A stretch of DNA of 64,000 nucleotides from Podospora anserina. Lineage: Eukaryota. Numbering within the stretch: position 1 is the first letter of the stretch; each line of letters opens with the position of its first letter. The notes beneath the pieces are model-generated. The model ran no database searches. It was not told where the DNA came from and saw nothing but the letters and a program-made list of their open reading frames with translations. The stretch spans positions 2,294,001 through 2,358,000 of the forward strand of contig CM030332.1 of NCBI GenBank assembly GCA_017654855.1. The letters run 5' to 3'. Both the position numbers and the translations under genes were made by a program. This document shows positions 38,802-50,836 of the stretch, in pieces.

Positions 38802-39518
38802 ATGGCCCTCCCACCCAAATTCAACGCCCACCGCCTCACCTTCTCCTCCTCACTAACCTCAGCCCCCGAACCAAAGCACACCATCGAGCTCTTCCTCGAC
38901 TACGTCTGCCCCTTCTCAGCCAGTCAGTCCCCCCTCAACCCACCCCCCCCCCAAAGCATACACTAACTCCCCCTACCAGAACTCTTCAACCATCTCTACA
39001 ACAACATCATCCCCAAAATCATCTCCCCCAACCCCTCCCTCTCCTCCAAAGTCGACTTCATCATCCGTCAACAAATCCAACCCTGGCACCCCTCCTCCAC
39101 CCTCGTCCACGAAGCCGCTCTCGCCGTCCTCCAACTAACCAACTCCCCCGCCAAATTCTACCAGTTCTCCTCCACCCTTTTCGCCCACCAAAAATCCTAC
39201 TTTGATATCTCCCTCGTGAACGAAACCCGCAACCAGACCTACCGCCGCCTCGCCAAGCTCGCCTCGGACACCATCTCTGACCTGGACGAGGAAGCCGTCT
39301 ACAACCTCCTCGCCATCCCCTCCCAACCGGGCGAGGACGGCGCCCTCAACGCAGGCAACGCCGTCACAAACGACGTGAAGCTGATCACCAAAATCAACAG
39401 ACTTCTCGGTGTTCACGTCACGCCTACTGTAATCTTCAATGGCGTTGTAGCGAATGAGATTTCGAGTGGGTGGACTGAGGAGCAGTGGAAGGAGTGGTTG
39501 GACAAGAATATTGTTTAG
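38802..39518 (+). CDS. Thioredoxin-fold (DsbA-like) protein with CxxS motif
   Basis: MALPPKF..HTIELFLDYVCPFSAK (intron 38923-38979), RQQIQPWHPSST, GVHVTPTVIFNG. Confidence 0.85.
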
Positions 39519-39871
39519 CTTAGGAGAGATAGCATGCACTAAAAAGACTAAAAAAAAACGGTTGATACTGATGCTATGCAGAATGTGAAAAAAAAGAGAC
39601 GGACAATCTGTCTCATGCTACCATCCCTTTAACCGCTCCAAAGTGACTAAAACTACTCCTTCTCTATATGTGGAAACTGCCATGCAACAAACAAAGACCT
39701 CAAGGGAAAAAAGAAAAATCCATCATAACTCTTTCTAGACATTGGTTTGTTCTTGTCAGTTGATCAAAAAGGAAAAGAAAAAAAAGAGAGAGAAGTGGAT
39801 TATGTACAAATACGCCGCCGTCCCCCCCCAATCCCACCCACCATCCCATACATCATAATCCGACAATCTAT

Positions 39872-41000
39872 TTACAATCTATCCAACTTTCTCCTCTCGT
39901 TTCTCGTCCTCTTCTGTAGCTTCTTGTACTTCTTCTTCTTCATCCGCAACTTCCTCTGCCTCTTCACACTAATGGCCTGCATGGCCCGGTCCTGCAGCCG
40001 TCTCGACTCGTCATACTTCAGCTGGCGCAGCGCCATCCTCTCCAGAAACGTCCTCGGCTGAACGCCGCCCTGCTCCGCATTGTCAATGAGCTCCGGGCTG
40101 TGCGCAACAACCTTGTACTGCCCGTCCGCCTCCACCGTCTCCTCGATCGTGACCATGGCCTTGTACACCCTCGTCTGGGGCTCCTCGCTCGCTTCCAGCG
40201 TCGTGCTGGCAAGCTCGTCGACAACAGCATCAACGGCGGCGGCGGCGCCATCGGTCATCGGCTTGGGTGCCGGAGGCGGCGCATAAGGCAGGAACTGGCC
40301 CGCCATGGAGTTGAGCTGAAAATAGACGTTGCTCTCGCCGCTCATCTCAAACGGGGCGCCGTCGGCGCGCCTCGGCGGCTCTCCGGTTTCCTGAATCTCT
40401 TGCTGCATCCGCTCTTGCTGTTTAAAGACACTAGTGTTGGCTTCATCATCATTCAACTTGGAGAGGGGATGTTTTTCAAGGTCATGTACCGTTTGTGACA
40501 GGGTCGACAGGACGTCAGACACCCTGTGACGCGGCGAGCGGGTGTTGAAGATCTCGGCAAAGGCATCCTCGGTCACCGTCTTGGGGAGGAGCTGTGTGAC
40601 GGAGATGGGCCGGTGGAGGGCGAAGAAGGTGGACAGGGCGAGGGCTAGATAGAGGGGTAAGCAAGAGATGTGAGTGATATTGGGGAGGATACGAACCCTC
40701 GTCCTTGATGTGCTTGGTGCTGGGGACGCTGGGGAGCTGGGGGCCGGCGTCCTTGGCCTTTCTTTTGCGCTTCTCGCCGGTCGTCTTGGAGTTGCCCGAG
40801 GCGGGCACGGAGGGCCGGGCGGCGAAATCGCGGGCGCCGTCATCCGGGCTTGAGGGTTTTGAGGACGAGTACCGGCGCTGGTGGAGACCATTGGCCTTGT
40901 AGGCGGCTTTGGGAGCCGACGCAGTCAGGGAGGAAACCACCGTCACAGGCGACTGGGGAGCCGCAGACGCGACAGCCCGTCGCACTGATAACGGCAGCAT
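39872..41000 (-). CDS. COX24: Mitochondrial mS38/Cox24 (DUF1713) protein
   Basis: Presequence with RRYSS; intron 40696-40645; LSTFFALHRPIS; C-terminal MQAISVKRQRKLRMKKKKYKKLQKRTRNERRKL. Confidence 0.82.
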
Positions 41001-41639
41001 GGTTGGCGAGGTGGTGGCGGCTGGTTCTGGGGTGAGAACAAAACTCGCAAGGTCCTCTTCAGAGGTGCCCGATCACAAAGGCTGGCTGCTTTCTGAAAAG
41101 GACAGCGAGAGACGACGTCGAGGTGTCGAGATGTCGAGATGTCGGGAGGTGGCGGGTGGTGCGCTGTCAAAGGCAGACCCTATCCAGGTTTGCAGTCACG
41201 TTTGACGATGACCTGCCAGAGGGATGGAAAGCCTTGTTGGTGGCTCCGGCTCGGCTTGCTTCTTCTCTCGGGCGCTATTTGCCGTGATCGCCTGATGGTC
41301 TGTGCGGCTTCAAACGTCTCGTCTCGATTGGTACCTGGAGTCCGCATTGGGTAATAACCGGGGCATCAAGAAAGTGAAGCTGTCTCTCCGACCCTAACTG
41401 CCTTTCGTCCATGCGGGGAAACACAGAAACGTGGGTTCTACATGCCCCCTGACGGAAGTGCACATGGCATTGAACTACCAGCCATTGATGTTGAGAACAA
41501 TAGGTAACCAATACCGCATATACTCAATCGAACCAAAATTGTCCGCGCCCGCCACTATACCTACAGGAGTTTGGCTCAAGTGCCAAGCCACCTATAACCC
41601 AATCACTGGGTCCAATAACATTTACCATGATTGTTTTTC

Positions 41640-41873
41640 ATTTACTTTTTTACGATAGCTTCAAAACTCTTACTATTAGCCTTAAAAGATTTTGATTTAT
41701 AATAGTAATATTTAATTAATCAATTATATTAATACGTGACTATTTAATATATAAAATTCATCAATAAGAATTTTATTTAAAGTAAAAAAAAATTAAGGTT
41801 TTTTTAAAAAATTAACATAATATTTATAACGATAGTTTTATAAAATACTTTTTAATCAAAATAAATTTACTGA
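41640..41873. mobile_element. Extremely AT-rich, TpA-rich relic, probably RIP-degraded repeat DNA
   Basis: Abrupt switch from roughly balanced base composition to nearly all A/T (tttataatagtaatatttaattaat...), directly abutting solo LTRs. Confidence 0.65.
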
Positions 41874-42265
41874 TGTGACGAACCCCTGTACAGAACCTCT
41901 GAAAGGGATACTGGTTGAAGGTAACTTCTGACAATTAGTTCGGTGCAGCTAAATAGTGCACAACAAGATGTCTCAATCACAACAGCTAAGATACCACGAT
42001 TGTGACTTGTCATTGCATACTGCGGAACTATCTACAAGCTATCTAGTTCCTCCGTATATATAGACCTGTGGATCACCTGGATCGCGTTCCTTAGCGGTGA
42101 TCCGGATCACATCCTCCACTTGAGGCTCACCATGATCACCGTGATCCTGCCGCTCCGCTCACCGGGATTACCATGAGCCTTTCGTTCCTCTTCCGACTGG
42201 TCCGTAATGACTGGCCAGGGGCGCCCCGCGCCCCGTGCGTGGGTTTCCCACCAACGATTGTGACA
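41874..42265 (-). mobile_element. Solo LTR (392 bp) with 5-bp target-site duplication ACTGA; probably Ty3/Gypsy crapaud-like
   Basis: TGTGAC...GTGACA termini; ACTGA at 41869-41873 and 42266-42270; TATATATA at 42055-42062; about 190 bp similar to the inverted LTR at 42311-42720. Orientation and family name are inferred. Confidence 0.88.
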
Positions 42266-42276
42266 ACTGAAGTTAT

Positions 42277-42310
42277 TGTGACGGGCTCCTATTTAGAACC
42301 TCTGAAAAAG
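42277..42310 (-). mobile_element. 34-bp terminal fragment of a third related LTR
   Basis: tgtgacgggctcctatttagaacctctgaaaaag resembles the 41874 terminus tgtgacgaacccctgtacagaacctctgaaaggg. Confidence 0.6.
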
Positions 42311-42720
42311 TGTCACGGTTTTAGAAGACAGTGAGCCACAGGAAACTAATCAGAACTGGACCGGGCAATCGAGCGGTGCTCACGGTCTAGATGGACAGAA
42401 CGGACCAATAAGATAAGGACCGGGGACAGCGGCGGGGCCTACGGTCCACAGTCCAGTATCGGCTAATCAAGAGTAGACCGAGGACCGTCTGTAAGTCAAC
42501 GGTCCACGGTTCTAAGGTCTATATATATATGGAGGAACTGGCTGGTGTAGATAGACAGTTCTGCAGTATGTAATTTACAAGTCACAATCGTGGTATTTTA
42601 GCGATTGTCATTGAGACAAGCTCATTTGTTGTATACTATTTAGCTGTACTGAACTAAGATTGTTTAGAAGTGCTTTTAACTAGTATCCCTTTCAGAAGTT
42701 CTAGATAGAGGTTCGTTACA
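42311..42720 (+). mobile_element. Solo LTR (410 bp), same family as 41874-42265 but inverted and more RIP-mutated
   Basis: TGTCAC...GTTACA termini; reverse complement of 42520-42720 aligns by eye to 41874-42065 with many G>A/C>T differences; TATA tract 42520-42530; no matching TSD (AAAAG vs ATATA). Confidence 0.85.
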
Positions 42721-42746
42721 ATATAATATTCCGTAGCTAAAGTAAT

Positions 42747-43028
42747 TGTAAGATGAAGAAGAAAAGAAAAGTAAGTGTGGAAGGCCTGCTCGCTCCCCCA
42801 GATATTTATTCTCTGCCCTGCCTGTTGCTCCACCTAGCCTATGCTCCTTTTTCCTGCTCTCCCATTAGCCGCATCTTTTTCTGCTCTCCCATTGGCCGCA
42901 GTCCTATCCTCAGCCCTCGTCCTCAGCCCTAGTCCTCCCGACTCTAACCCAGTATCCTACTTTAGGCCATATGCCGTTGCATTACTGCTATAGTACTCCG
43001 TGGCGTCAGTTTTGGCAAAATCGTTACA
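42747..43028. mobile_element. Possible solo LTR of a different family (282 bp)
   Basis: TGTAA...TTACA inverted termini, internal short duplications (ctgctctcccatt x2, tcctcagccct x2); no TSD found. Confidence 0.5.
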
Positions 43029-43610
43029 CTGGTTTGGGGTGCGGCCACAGGCCTGAGAGTATGAGTAAGGAAGCGGGGCTCTCAGAGGACTCAGGGGTTC
43101 AGGGGTCATGTATATAAGCGGTCTGCTTCGGACATTCTATTTTAGACAGGACATCGACTTTTATTCTTTTCTTCGTATTTTGTGCCTTGCACGCGTGCAG
43201 GCAATTCTGGCCCTCTGATCAGGCCAATCCGGTGCTTATTATGTGGCCTGCGAGCCCATAGTGTCTTTTCTTTGTCCTACGTGAAGTGCGGCCTGCGAGC
43301 GAGTCACTGTCACGCAGGTGTGTTCATTCTGAGACCTGTTGAGGGTATATTTGTGGTGTTGTGGTTGTTTTGTGTGTTTTCTCACCATTTCAACACACGG
43401 CAAAAGTATCTCACAAAGCACCTACCCGGCACCTACTCGGCACTACCTAGTGCCTGCTTAGTACCTATCTAGCGCTTATCTGATATTATACAAAGTATTT
43501 ACTTAATATAGCAGAGTGCTGCAAAGCCCTGCATCTACTATTATAGTAAATAAAAACAGGCTTAATTTTATATTTAGGGTATTTAAAGTTCTATAAGTGC
43601 CTGGTATAAT
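43029..43610. mobile_element. Probable further repeat-derived sequence with RIP-like AT-rich tail
   Basis: TATATAA box, duplicated ggcctgcgagc and gcacctac motifs, AT/TpA-rich 43480-43610; no credible ORF. Confidence 0.4.
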
Positions 43611-44530
43611 TTGTGGGGCAATCGACCCATAATAAACTACACTCTCAGTAGGCCCGGTGGCTGAATTCGCCCTGTTTTGTATAGCCGTGACCTATGACCT
43701 ATATTGTATGCAGAATACTATGAAGCTAGATATCGTTATTTCGCTGCTTTGACAGTAAACATCGTTGGATATCGTGGTGTCCCGGTGAAAGCGGGCAGGA
43801 TAGTTATGCAGCGAGGTTTCTCTGAGTGGTTCATCCACCCATGCATCATTATTGTTGCTCCTCGAATAGGATAAATTGAAACTCGTAATTGATGGCGTCA
43901 TGAGCAATAGGAAAACCTGAAAACAGCTCGAAACATGACTTTGGGAGGATGAATGACTGTAATTTCAGATAGTGCCAGGTGCAAAGGGGCAGATAATACA
44001 TGGTGGGGTCCATGTTGGGCTGGGTAAAGTAACGATGGTGACTGAAGATGAACTACGTTAATGTCTGGTGAAGGAGAGGTTTCTGGTTTGACCAACCCAA
44101 AGTCCTCCTCAAGTGTCGTGTTTCTGAACGTGCTTTCCAGCACCCAGGTGTGGGAAAGAAAGACGTGGCATTGCGACTTTCCCAGACCCTGATGCTGGAG
44201 CTGGAACTTTCAAGAGCTTCTCAAGCTGTCAACCTTGAAGCTTCCAAGTATGTAAACGATGACCCAAAGTGTTGCTGGTTGGTGGGGCACTGGCAAAGGA
44301 GTGGCAGGAACGAATCCTAAAGGCGGAATTTGCAATTGGGCGCCAAGAAACGCATAGCTCAAGCACGTGACGCTGGGCCCCGGTGCGCAGCTCTGGCAAA
44401 TTGGCCCGGGCCTTCCCGAGCTTGCCTTGGAAGTGAGGCAAAATCACTGCTGCATAAGTCTGTTTTTTGAGGTTGAGGACATTTTCTTCAACCGCCCTTC
44501 CACCCCCCCGACACACACCCATCCGCGTCC

Positions 44531-46257
44531 ATGGCGTCCCGGAGACTTGCTCTGAACCTCGCCCAGGGCCTGCGTGGCCGCTCTGGAGGTCTTTCTGTCC
44601 CCGTCAGACGAGGCCTTGCGACACCTCACTCGCCCGCCCTCAAGACCCAGACGACGACACTCAAGAATGGCCTGACTGTGAGCTTCCCCCCGGCCCTCCC
44701 GTCCGCCCGTCCACAGCCTGGCCGCCATGACGTCGTGCCAATTGGTCCTTCCTGAGCTTGCTACAGCTTCATATACTGACTGCAACTCTTTCCCACCCCG
44801 CAGGTCGCAACCCAGTACTCTCCCTATGCGCAGACCTCGACGGTCGGCATGTGGATCGATGCCGGCTCCCGCGCCGAGACCGACGAGACCAACGGCACTG
44901 CCCACTTCCTCGAGCACTTGGCCTTCAAGGTACGGTAATCCGGGCTCGCCCTCTGCCGTTCCCGGCTAACATGAATACACTTGGGCAGGGCACATCGAAG
45001 CGGACTCAGCAGCAGTTGGAGCTTGAAATTGAGAACATGGGCGCCCACCTCAACGCGTATACCTCGGTTTGTTGCCGTCTATTCTATTCCGGATACCTTC
45101 ATCGAAGCTAATTCCCGAGTGTAGCGCGAGAACACCGTCTACTTCGCCAGGGCCCTGAACGAGGACGTTCCTCAGTGCGTCGATATCCTCCAGGACATTC
45201 TCCAAAACTCTAAGCTTGAGGAGTCGGCTATTGAGCGGGAACGTGATGTCATTCTCCGTGAGTCGGAGGAGGTTGAGAAGCAGTTGGAGGAAGTTGTTTT
45301 CGATCACCTGCACGCCACCGCTTACCAGCAACAACCCCTCGGCCGCACCATCCTCGGCCCCCGCGAGAACATCCGTGACATCACCAGGACCGAGCTTACC
45401 AACTACATCAAGAACAACTACACTGCCGACCGCATGGTTCTTGTCGGAGCTGGTGGTGTTCCCCACGAGCAGCTCGTCGAGATGGCTGACAAGTACTTTG
45501 CTGGCCTCCCCTCCAAGAGCCCCGAGTCCGCCGCCTACCTCCTGTCCAAGAAGAAGGCCGATTTCATCGGCTCCGATGTCAGAATCCGCGACGACACTAT
45601 CCCCACCGCCAACATCGCCATTGCCGTTGAGGGCGTCAGCTGGAACGACCCCGACTACTTCACTGCCCTCGTCACCCAGGCTATTGTCGGCAACTATGAC
45701 AAGGCTCTTGGCAACGCTCCTCACCAGGGCAGCAAGCTCAGCGGCATCGTTCACAAGAATGATCTTGCCACCAGCTACATGAGCTTCTCCACCAGCTATA
45801 GCGACACTGGGTACGGACCGTTTTGCTATGTTGTGTGTGAAGGTTGACTTGATACTAATACGTCTCTAGTCTCTGGGGCATCTACATGGTCACCGACAAT
45901 CTCGCCAACGTCGATGATCTTGTTCACTTCTCCCTCCGCGAGTGGACCCGCCTCTGCGGCAGCGTCACCCCCGCCGAGGTTGAGCGCGCCAAGGCCCAGC
46001 TCAAGGCCTCCATCCTCCTGTCCCTCGACGGCACCAGCGCCGTTGCCGAGGACATTGGTCGGCAAATCGTCAACACTGGCCGCCGCATGAGTCCCGGCGA
46101 GATCGAGCGCGTCATTGATGCCATCACGGAGAAGGACGTCATGGAGTTTGCCAACAAGAAGATCTGGGATCAGGACATTGCCATCAGCGCCGTCGGCAGC
46201 ATCGAGGGTCTGTTTGACTACGCCAGAATCAGAGCCGACATGAGCAGAAACTTTTAG
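44531..46257 (+). CDS. MAS1: Mitochondrial processing peptidase beta subunit (in Neurospora also core protein I of the bc1 complex)
   Basis: Presequence [10 protein letters not shown].., inverted zinc motif HFLEH..FKG, NAYTSRE; introns 44678-44803, 44930-44988, 45067-45124, 45811-45869. Confidence 0.95.
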
Positions 46258-49200
46258 ACAGCCCCCTTGAGTTGAAAAAAGAGAGCAAGTAAATAAATCT
46301 GATGGGGAGTACGAAGAGCAGATGGTGTTTTTTTTTGCTTCTCCGACAGAGTCTTGAAAGGGGCGTGTCTGTGTGATGAGTGTGGTGTTTGTAAAACGGG
46401 GACGCCGGCGGATTGAAAAAATCACAGTGTATTATACTTCGGTGGTTCGTCTGTTTCAAGCTAGTCCGCCAAAAGGAAGAGAAGGAAAATGGCAAGGGGA
46501 GAGGTGAATGGGTGAAAGGGAAGGAGAAGAGACCTATGAATTGTACTGTAGAGAGAGGGGTTCTGGGTAGACATAGAGCCAATCGACGCTGCTTCTTTGC
46601 TTAAGCCTGACCATCTTGCTGAATGAAAACGTGGGGGTTTGGTGAGGGAGTCCAGATGATGGTGTGTTTGATGGATGTGCAGGGCATTTGTTTGTGAGTG
46701 GTGGGGTGGGTTATCTGATGGGAGGTGAGGTCAATAGGGGTAAGGTGGTGGTGGTTGGTGTTTGTGTATCCTGGGTGATCATGCCTGGTGATTGTGTCTT
46801 TTTTGTGTAAGGGAAGTCGAGATGGTTGTTGGCTGATGGGTGGGTGGTTGGATGAAGTTTTGGGTGAGTTGGGGGTTCCTTCGTTTGTCTGCAAACTTTG
46901 TGAATGTGAGAGGGTGAGCAGTTTGGGGTTGAAAGTGAGGTATGATATGGAGAGATGGAAATGATTCTATGTACGTGCGATGGTGTGGCGGATTCCACAT
47001 TCCAATATTTGTTGCGTAGTTGTGGTCTTGTGTCGGAGAGAGATAGTTTTTCTGATGGGAACGGTTCTGGTGATGAGAATATGGGCTTGTTTAGCTGGGT
47101 GACTAGGTACGTGGGATGATGGCGAGGGCTAGGGTTCTCTTGTGTTATGTTGGAGACTATAACGGATAGGCCAACCTCAAGGTGGCGGATGAGATTGAAC
47201 GCCCATAAAGTTGCTGAACTACTGTGGTATATCCCCCTGATAGGTAATGCAGGTGAGCTCACCCATATACCCACCTATCGATAATGTATCTTGAGACACA
47301 AACACTCTATAAAAGGTTCCTCAACACTCCCGCCTACGTACACCCATACAACATGCTCTCAAATCTTGAGGCCGAAAGGGAATGTAGAGGAGATGTGTTT
47401 ATGGTCTTCATATCTCGTGCGAAATATGCGCGTTACAACTCTGCTCCCTTAGGCAAACAGATACGCGGTAGGTGCCCTTTATGAACACTTGATACCTAAT
47501 CATATCACATACCAGTGGCGTTAAAGAATATCAAGAAATGGGCTTGATTGATTCCTCATGAAACGTTCATCCAATTTCCTTGTTTCCAATGACACGTACC
47601 AACTCCACTAAGCCCTGACTGGCTGACATGATACTACACTTCTCGAGTTGATGAATGAATCACCATCGATGAGCTCAGCATAACCATCGTTGTCGGGATC
47701 GCTCATAACCCTGATGAGCGAGGCAAAAAAAGTCCTGAACCATGTCCCCGTGAAAACGAGAAGAGCCATATGGATTAGTAAACTTTGGTGATGATGAGGT
47801 GATAAGGCCCAGACCGAACTCGGTGTTGGAGCGAAAGGCAAGGTGGCAGTGTAGTAGCAATGTAGATAGACATTGGAAGATCATCTTGGATGTGGGTGGG
47901 ATGCTAACGATCATGAGAGCGGCACGTGCATCTGAATGTACCTACCGACCTGCACGGCGGGAGCAGGCGGAGGGTAGCAGAGATATCGAACGGTGGTGTG
48001 ATCTGAGATGTATAGGTCTTTTGCTTTTACGGTCCATGATAGTCATACTATGTATATAAGGTTTGGTTCTGTGAAGGCAGTTACACAAAGTCCCAGCCAG
48101 TTTAATGACATACCGCCTGTTTAGACAGCCGCCGTAAAGTTCAAGTGCGACCTAGGTATGTGTGATTGATTCGCTTCTTGTGCTCCGTTTCACCGTCTCA
48201 TTAACGGCCGTGGTCAACCACGCGGCCGGGTACAACGAGTGCAACTTCAACCGATTGACTCGACGGTTGTGCAAGTTTCAAAGGTTCGCTGTTTCGACAA
48301 GCCGAGAAATTGCCTTGCTGTTCTCGGCTTGACGGAGGTGACGTCGGTGCCGGCTTGCTCGGGATCGGGTGTCGTATCCAGCAACAAAGAAAACTACACA
48401 CACGCGTCCCTGCATCACTTCGCCCCGTCACTACTACAAGGCTGATCGGGGCGGTGAAAAAAGCTGGTGAAAAAGCCGGAAGCTTCCAGGTTGTTGGTGG
48501 TAGCTTGTGGTCCGCTGGTAGGGCTTTACTTCTCCGTCCCTAGTCTTGGAGTTTGACAAATTCTTGAATCCTTGTCGCTCCCACAGACATTTCGGGGTTT
48601 GGAGGGGTTCTTTGATGCTGACGTTATGCCCCGCAGCTCGACGTGACACTCCGGTCTCGTACATATATCACCCGCAGACGTGTTCGGGCTGTATGTAGGT
48701 AAAACGGTAAAAACACGACTTGGCTGCTTGACGCGTATTATCGATACTGTGCTTGTTGTTATTGTTTCTGCACCTGGAAGTATTCACCACTCACACAAGG
48801 GACAGGAGAGGTGGTGGCAGTGGTCGAGGGCCACGGCTAGAGACCGGGCAACCGCAGCTGGCCTTGCCACCTCATCCTGGTGAGGCGTTCATCTTGAGAC
48901 ATAGTGGGGATAAATAGTATCAATTTCTAGGAAATTCCTACAAAAAAATGCTGTAAAAGAGCAATAGTTGGAATCATCATGATGAATAAGCTAAAAGATT
49001 CATGAAATAACATCGATTTTGCACTTCCTGCATCATTGCCAAGCCGTCCATGAGAGATCAAGTCAGCAGGGATCAGACGATCGGCTTTGCAGATAGAAAA
49101 GTGGATCCGGCTTGGCGGATAACGAAGCTGTGGAGACCCCACCTCTCCGCCTTTCTATCGAAGCCCAAGCGTGCCGCCAACGATCTCGGAAGACGCCTTT

Positions 49201-50836
49201 GAGAATAAAAGATCGATTACTGTACGATACTGACGGATATGGACACGGAAATGCCGCGGTTCATCCGACCATGCGGACGGCCATCTCCCACGCGAGCTTC
49301 CCGTTACTGGCCCGTCCAAGGGAAAATATATTGCTGCCCGTTCTTGGCTGCCAAATTGGCCGCGGCCACCTCTACTCGAGACCAAGAGACCAAGACCAAC
49401 TGTCCAAACCAAGAATTCGTCGCGGCTACCATTGGCGCTACCTGACTGGGCGGGTGGCTTTTCTCAGGCGCGCCGATCGAGTGCCCGTATCGAGGGTTTT
49501 GCCAATGATCATGCAGCGCAGCGTCGGCCCTTGGCTTGTCTTTCTGCTTGCAGCATAGATAGAAACAACTCTACTCGCTGGAAAGGAGCAGCAGTTGCGT
49601 CGTCAGCAAGAAGACTTGGTGATGCCGCCGTCCAATGCGACAGCTAACTTGGCTGATAATATTGCAGGGAGCAATACCTTGATATCAAGCCACATCTTAA
49701 CCGGGCGCCCCGGCACCTAACAGTTAGTGTCCTTCGAGAACGCTTACTGCTGTTATAACCGCCGAAGAATGGGCTCTGGATCAACGATTCAACGCACACA
49801 CGCCGGCAGGGGGCGACAGTTCAATTCCGACTTTCATGATTCAGCGCAATTTGGGCTTCTCAGACTTTTCGAGGAGAGGGCGTGAATTGTCCGATAGTCC
49901 TTCATAAGAGAATGGCCACCACCAGATGTACCAGATAAAGGACGCAGCCGTCCTGCCGAGGCGTGGGTGATGAGGGCGTCTCAGACGAACAAAGCGAAGG
50001 GGTCAAATGGTAGAGGCGGGAAGCAAAGCCGTAATTCGAATAACCGGGAAAAGGTCTAGAGCAGGTGGTATTTTCAAAAGTGAGGGATTGGAGCTGAACC
50101 AGACTGCAAAGTTTCACTTGGAAATCCTCCGTACCTTAATCGTCCATGGATATCAGATTGTGCCATGCTCGGATCAAACCTGTGAATCGTGAGTGGTCTT
50201 CTTCTGTTTCTTCTGTACTGGCCCACAAACCTGAATTCTGTGAAATAAAAACGGCGAAAAAAGGTTGCTCCCGCATTCAGCGGATGACCAAGTTCCAGCT
50301 TCTTTTTCACCAACTCTTGTGAACCTGGAACCCGACGGCACCCCTGCCCTCCCCGCCGAAGGACCCGACCCACTTGGGATTAGCTTGCTGTGTCCACCAT
50401 TAAGCACAGCCCTCCCGCCCCCCTCTCCTGCCTCAAACAGCGAGACATCCCCCCAACCCCAGCGCCCATCTCTCGCCTCGACTCCGCTTCCATCCTTTAA
50501 CATAGCGGTTCGCTCCAACCAACCCTTCCCTTCCTCTTCCACCCCGATTGCCATTAACCGTATCCCTTCTCCACTCATCCGCACGCAGCACACAGTGTTC
50601 GCCGGCCCTTTGAGGGAGTTCACCTTCGACGCAGCTCGAGCCGACTTCTGCTTCCGACCGCGAATGAAGCAGAGCCGTTGCATCCTCGAGGGGTAATCTG
50701 TCGACGACAACACGGGTGCATCTGCTCGCCGCCAGCAATCTGCGATGCTGATGGCCGTCGTGCACCCTTGAAGTTCACCACAGCGCCACTGAGCCTTCAC
50801 CTTCATATCATCTCGTCTCGTCCCGTCTCTCCCAAG

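Noticed and set aside
24897-39545. Stop-codon readthrough to cryptic peroxisomal PTS1 signals
   Set aside because: The extensions checked (small secreted protein, aminotransferase, mS26, DsbA-like) lack TGA-CTA context and SKL-like ends.
44678-44803. Longer MPP intron 1 as a C/D snoRNA host
   Set aside because: No proper RTGATGA C box or recognisable rRNA antisense element.
49112-49558. 148-aa ORF in the long intergenic region
   Set aside because: Non-ATG start, no motif, no gene-like codon bias.
49810-49835. GTTCAATTCC resembling a tRNA T-loop/B box
   Set aside because: Flanks do not form a T stem and no cloverleaf is evident.
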